A DNA stretch of 64,000 nt. It comes from Macrostomum lignano (lineage: Eukaryota). This document shows positions 58,601 through 64,000 of the stretch, piece by piece. Each line of letters opens with the position of its first letter. Positions within the stretch are counted from its first letter, which is position 1. The notes under the pieces are model-generated. The model had not been told where the DNA came from. It did no database searches and saw nothing but the letters and a program-made list of their open reading frames with translations. Location of the stretch: contig NIVC01002328.1 of NCBI GenBank assembly GCA_002269645.1, forward strand, positions 119,380-183,379, in the 5' to 3' direction. The position numbers were made by a program, and so were the translations under genes.

Positions 58601-60777
58601 GTTCGAACTCAGACACCACAGGTTCGACCTCAGGCACCACAGGTTCGACCTCAGGCACCACAGGTTCGACCTCAGGCACCACAGCTTCGACCTCAGGCAC
58701 CACAGGTTCAAACTCAGGCACCGCAGGTTCGACCCCAGGCACCACAGGTTCGACCTCAGGCACCACAGGTTCAAACTCAAGCGCCGCAGGTTCAACCTGA
58801 ATCGGCTCAATCTAGCAGCAGTTCAGCATTTCCGGTGGTGCAAAAGGCGCCGCTTGTCAGGCGTCAGCAGCTGCAGCAGTTGACGGCGTCACAAGAGGCA
58901 TCAGCGATCCGACCTGTTGGCATTGCTAGGCCGGCGCTGCATGAGACAGGTGTTGCTATGCAGTTGCCGCAGCTTCCCCAGTCTTCCCTACCGGATTTGG
59001 TAAGCACGTTACTTGGACTCTGTTACTATATATAATGCACTTTCTGTGCAACACAATGGAAAAAGTACGTCCTGAGAATCCAGCTAAACATCCTGAGAAT
59101 CCAGCTGAACATCCCTTGAAAATCCAGCCTGAACATCCCTTGAAAATCCAGTCTGAACATTCCCTGAGAATCCAGCTGAACATCCCTTGAGAATCCAGCT
59201 GAACATCCCTTGAGAATCCAGTTGAACATCCCCTGAGAATCCAGCTAAACATCCCTTGAGAATCCAGCTGAACATCCCCTGAAAATCCAGCTGAACATCC
59301 CTTGAGAATCCAGTCTGAACATCCCCTGAGAATCCAGCTGAACATCCCCTGAAAATCCAGCTGAACATCCCCTGAGAATCCAGCTGAACATCCCCTGAAA
59401 ATCCAGCTGAACATCCCCTGAGAATCCAGCTGAACATCCCCTGAGAATCCAGCTGAACATCCCCTGAGAATCCAGCTGAACATCCCCTGAGAATCCAGCT
59501 GAACATCCCCTGAGAATCCAGCTGAACATCCCCTGAGAATCCAGCTGAACATCCCCTGAGAATCCAGCTGAACATCCCCTGAAAATCCAGCTGAACATCC
59601 CCTGAGAATCCAGCTGAACATCCCCTGAGAATCCAGCTGAACATCCCCTGAGAATCCAGCTGAACATCCCCTGAGAATCCAGTTAAACATCCCCTGAGAA
59701 TCCAGCTGAACATCCCCTGAAAATCCAGCTGAACATCCCCTGAGAATCCAGCTGAACATCCCCTGAGAATCCAGCTGAACATCCCCTGAGAATCCAGCTG
59801 AACATCCCCTGAGCATCCAGTTAAACATCCCCTGAGCCAAACGAATAAAACAGTTCAATGAGCTTTAAGGTTAAAGTTGTATTGAATTTTCAGTGTTTGG
59901 TATCGAAAATATTATTGTATCTCTCATACTCACCCGTTGCCATAGCAACCGGCGGCCCCTGTCGCAGCCTACTATCCCCAGCTAGCCGGCCAGTCAGTGG
60001 CGCAGCAGCAGCCAGTTGGATTCCAGCAGCCGCAGGCGGCATTTCCGGCGCCAATGTACGCCGCCCAGTGCCTGGCGCTCCTTACTGCTACGTGATGCCA
60101 AGCCAGCCTCAGTTCATTCAGCAGCAGCCGACTGTTGCGTCCTTATCAACTACTGCTGCTGTATCAGTTGCTGGGCAGTCCGCTGTGCAGTACATGCCTG
60201 CGGTGCAATTTCTTGCCCATCCTGCTCAGCAGCAACAATTCATCCCTATGGAAGCTTCTGCCAGCCGAATGGTGGTCGCACCGAATGCTCCCGCTGAGCA
60301 GCAACAGCAGCAGAAACTGTCAAAAAGCGCAAGCATGAGCAGAAATCAAAGAAAGCCAAATCATCGGCCGAGAAGAAGAAGAAGGAAAAGAAAAAGAAGA
60401 AAAAATCTTCTAAGCGCGGTCATCGTCGGTCTGCTCAAAAAGAGAAGCGGCGCCGGCGTCACCGGCGGAGGCGGAGCTCCGGGCATTCGTCATCGTATTC
60501 GTCGGATTATTCCGATTCTGAAGACTACTCGGACTCAACGTCGATGTCGGACGATGTCGATAAACAATTGGCCGGGGCAGCTCCTCAGGTTGAAGAGTTT
60601 GTTAGCGAAGACTCGGACTTGGACTTGCTGGATTATAGGAAGAACCGGACACTGGCCGAGGAGGAGGCGGCCAGACTGCGCGAGCCTGTGTCGCCGACCC
60701 GGACGCCTTCGCCGCCGCCGCCTACAGTGACTCGAAAGAAGATTCGAATCAATAGAGATATAATAACTATTGATTAG
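55679..60777 (+). CDS. Large low-complexity nuclear-type protein with a class I SAM-dependent methyltransferase-like domain; join(<55679..57789,58286..58999,59946..60777) with three apparent 1-nt deletions
   Basis: Motif I VVSIGCGPG, motif II KLIGID, then VAIMSY and FILVLD strands; poly-Q, acidic and Ser-rich tracts, PPAKKRK, K/R runs, RTPSPPPP. Splice sites are canonical. The true start or upstream exon was not found. Confidence 0.7.
57932..58200 (+). mobile_element. tRNA-derived CORE-like SINE, copy 2 (intronic)
   Basis: A box tagtctagtggttagagcg, B box ggttcgattcc, CORE-like ccttgagcaagacacttaac...ctgtgaaatggg, shared tail and ATT-rich end; about 33-bp internal deletion relative to copy 1. 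Confidence 0.82.
58340..58795 (+). repeat. Coding 21-bp tandem repeat, (PQVRTQV)n / (PQVRPQA)n
   Basis: ctcaggtgccgcaggttcgaa units within exon 58286-58999. Confidence 0.85.
59070..59835. repeat. 23-bp intronic minisatellite (gagaatccagctgaacatcccct)
   Basis: Fills the intron 59000-59945. Confidence 0.95.
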
Positions 60778-60864
60778 GAGGGCTTTGTAGTATTAGTGTT
60801 GCCTTTGTTTGCTCGAGTTGACAATTACGAAAAAATATGTTCTTGCCGGCGTGCTCAGCAGGGC

Positions 60865-63800
60865 TGGCCATAGACTATCGCTATTCCATGGGTGACCATA
60901 GACTATCGCTATTCCATGGGTGACCATAGACTATCGCTATTCCATGGGTGACCATAGACTATCGCTATGCTTTTGTGCTGGCCATAGACTATCGCTATGC
61001 CTTTGTGCTGGCCATAGACTATCGCTATGCCTTTGTGCTGGCCATAGACTATCGCTATGCCTTTGTGCTGGCCATAGACTATCGCTATGCCTTTGTGCTG
61101 GCCATAGACTATCGCTATGCCTTTGTGCTGGCCATAGACTATCGCTATGCCTTTGTGCTGGCCATAGACTATCGCTATGCCTTTGTGCTGGCCATAGACT
61201 ATCGCTATGCCTTTGTGCTGACCATAGACTATCGCTATGCCATGGCTGACCATAGAATATCGCTATGCCTTTGTGCTGACCATAGACTATCGCTATGCCA
61301 TGGCTGACCATAGACTATCGCTATGCCATAGCTGACCATAGACTATCGCTATGCCATGGCTGACCATAGACTATCGCTATGCCTTTGTGCTGACCATAGA
61401 CTATCGCTATGCCATGGCTGACCATAGACTATCGCTATGCCATAGCTGACCATAGACTATCGCTATGCCTTTGTGCTGACCATAGACTATCGCTATGCCA
61501 TGGCTGACCATAGACTATCGCTATGCCATGGCTGACCATAGACTATCGCTATGCCATAGCTGACCATAGACTATCGCTATGCCATGGCTGACCATAGACT
61601 ATCGCTATGCCTTTGTGCTGACCATAGACTATCGCTATGCCTTTGTGCTGACCATAGACTATCGCTATGCCATGGCTGACCATAGACTATCGCTATGCAT
61701 GGTGACCATAGACTATCGCTATGCCATAGCTGACCATAGACTATCGCTATGCCTTTGTGCTGACCATAGACTATCGCTATGCCATAGCTGACCATAGAAT
61801 ATCGCTATGCCATGGCTGACCATAGAATATCGCTATGCCATGGCTGACCATAGACTATCGCTATGCCATAGCTGACCATAGACTATCGCTATGCCTTTGT
61901 GCTGACCATAGACTATCGCTATGCCATGGCTGACCATAGAATATCGCTATGCCTTTGTGCTGACCATAGACTATCGCTATGCCATGGCTGACCATAGAAT
62001 ATCGCTATGCCATGGCTGACCATAGAATATCGCTTTGCCATGGCTGACCATAGACTATCGCTATGCCATAGCTGACCATAGACTATCGCTATGCCTTTGT
62101 GCTGACCATAGAATATCGCTATGCCATGGCTGACCATAGAATATCGCTATGCCATGGCTGACCATAGACTATCGCTATGCCTTTGTGCTGACCATAGAAT
62201 ATCGCTATGCCATGGCTGACCATAGAATATCGCTATGCCTTTGTGGCATAGAATATCGCTATGCCATAGCTGACCATAGACTATCGCTATGCCTTTGTCT
62301 CATACTATCGACTTATGGCTCATGTATGACCATATCCTATGCCCTGACCATAGACTATCGCTATGCCTTTGTGCTGACCATAGACTATCGCTATGCCATG
62401 GCTGACCATAGAATATCGCTATGCCATGGCTGACCATAGAATATCGCTATGCCTTTGTGCTGACCATAGACTATCGCTATGCCATGGCTGACCATAGACT
62501 ATCGCTATGCCATGGCTGACCATAGACTATCGCTATGCCATAGCTGACCATAGACTATCGCTATGCCATGGCTGACCATAGACTATCGCTATGCCTTTGT
62601 GCTGACCATAGACTATCGCTATGCCTTTGTGCTGACCATTGACTATCGCTATGCCATGGCTGACCATAGACTATCGCTATGCCATGGCTGACCATAGACT
62701 ATCGCTATGCCATAGCTGACCATAGACTATCGCTATGCCTTTGTGCTGACCATAGACTATCGCTATGCCATAGCTGACCATAGAATATCGCTATGCCATG
62801 GCTGACCATAGAATATCGCTATGCCATGGCTGACCATAGACTATCGCTATGCCATGACCTGACATAGACTATCGCGCTATTGCCTTTGTGCTGACCATAG
62901 ACTATCGCTATGCCATGGCTGACCATAGAATATCGCTATGCCTGCTCATATGCCATCACTATCGCTATGCCATGGCTGACCATAGACATATCGCTATGCC
63001 ATGGCTGACATAGATATCGCTATGCCATGGCTGACCATAGACTATCGCTATGTTAGCTGACCATAGACTATCGCTATGCCTTTGTGCTGACCATAGAATA
63101 TCGCTATGCCATGGCTGACCATAGAATATCGCTATGCCATGGCTGACCATAACTATCGCTATGCCTTTGTGCTGACCATAGAATATCGCTATGCCATGGC
63201 TGACCATAGAATATCGCTATGCCTTTGTGCTGACCATAGCAAACTATCGCTATGCCATAGCTGACCATAGACTATCGCTATGCCTTTGTGCTGACCATAG
63301 ACTATCGCTATGCCTTTGTGCTGACCATAGACTATCGCTATGCCATGGCTGACCATAGACTATCGCTATGCCTTTGCTGCTGACCATAGACTATCGCTAT
63401 GCCATGGCTGACCATAGAGACTATCGCTATGCCATGGCTGACCATAGATATCGCTATGCCTTTGTGCTGACCATAGACTATCGATCTAGCTATGCTAGGC
63501 CAATAGACTATCGCTATGCCATGGCTGACCATAGAATATCGCTATGCCTTTGTGCTGACCATAGACTATCGCTATGCCATGGCTGACCATAGACTATCGC
63601 TATGCCATGGCTGACCATAGATATCGCTATGCCTTTGTGCTGACCATAGACTATCGCTATGCCTTTGTGCTGACCATAGACTATCGCTATGCCATGGCTG
63701 ACCATAGACTATCGCTATGCCATAGCTGACCATAGACTATCGCTATGCCTTTGTGCTGACCATAGACTATCGCTATGCCATGGCTGACCATAGACTATCG

Positions 63801-64000
63801 CTCTCATGGCTGACCATAGACTATCGCTATTGCCATAGCTGACCATAGACTATCGCTATCCATGGCTGACCATAGACTATCGCTATGCCATAGCTGACCA
63901 TAGACTATCGCTATGCCATGGCTGACCACCTAGACTATCGCTATGCCTATGCTGACCATAGACTATCGCTATGCCATGGCTGACCATAGACTATCGCTAT
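60865..64000. repeat. Satellite of interspersed 28-bp (gctgaccatagactatcgctatgccatg) and 30-bp (...gctatgcctttgt) units, running off the window
   Basis: More than 3 kb of tandem units; more irregular after about 62300. Confidence 0.97.

Noticed and set aside
58201-58800. Gly/Ser-rich (GSNSGAA)n ORF and the antisense (EFEPAAP)n ORF
   Set aside because: Phase from the 57789 donor and continuity to the 58999 donor select the PQVRTQV frame. The acceptor at 58241 gives an immediate stop in phase 0.
184-64000. CRISPR-like arrays suggested by many 21-46-bp repeats
   Set aside because: All arrays are head-to-tail with no unique spacers, there are no cas genes, and the context is eukaryotic introns.

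Overview
Eukaryotic (animal) genomic DNA; there are no prokaryotic features and no CRISPR. GC-rich exons, minisatellite-filled introns and AT-rich transposon graveyards suggest a Macrostomum-type flatworm genome (inference only). Host genes: the 5' part of DNAJC13/RME-8 (minus, 8 exons, 7005 to off the left edge, one GC-AG intron); a complete 6-exon ADAM10/kuzbanian (minus, 27563-17280); intronless MRPL11 (minus, 29135-28557); a large unnamed plus-strand gene (about 55679-60777) with a class I SAM-methyltransferase-like domain inside long low-complexity regions; and a candidate small secreted protein (10858-11160). Mobile elements with defined ends or TSDs: P/hAT-like foldback MITE (12481-12877), hAT/P-like MITE carrying a 28S rRNA helix-69/R2-target fragment (31827-32123), two head-to-tail non-autonomous Helitrons loaded with satellite and a tRNA-like segment (33415-41744), intron-containing Merlin/IS1595-type transposon (43573-45482), MULE carrying a non-LTR ORF1 (46540-49765), a TTAT-TSD DNA element (49984-51676), a deleted Ty3/Gypsy (52089-52782) and two CORE-like tRNA SINEs. 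RTE, Tc1-like and mariner remnants are also present. About 20 distinct tandem repeat arrays occur. All calls come from manual reading; no database searches were run.
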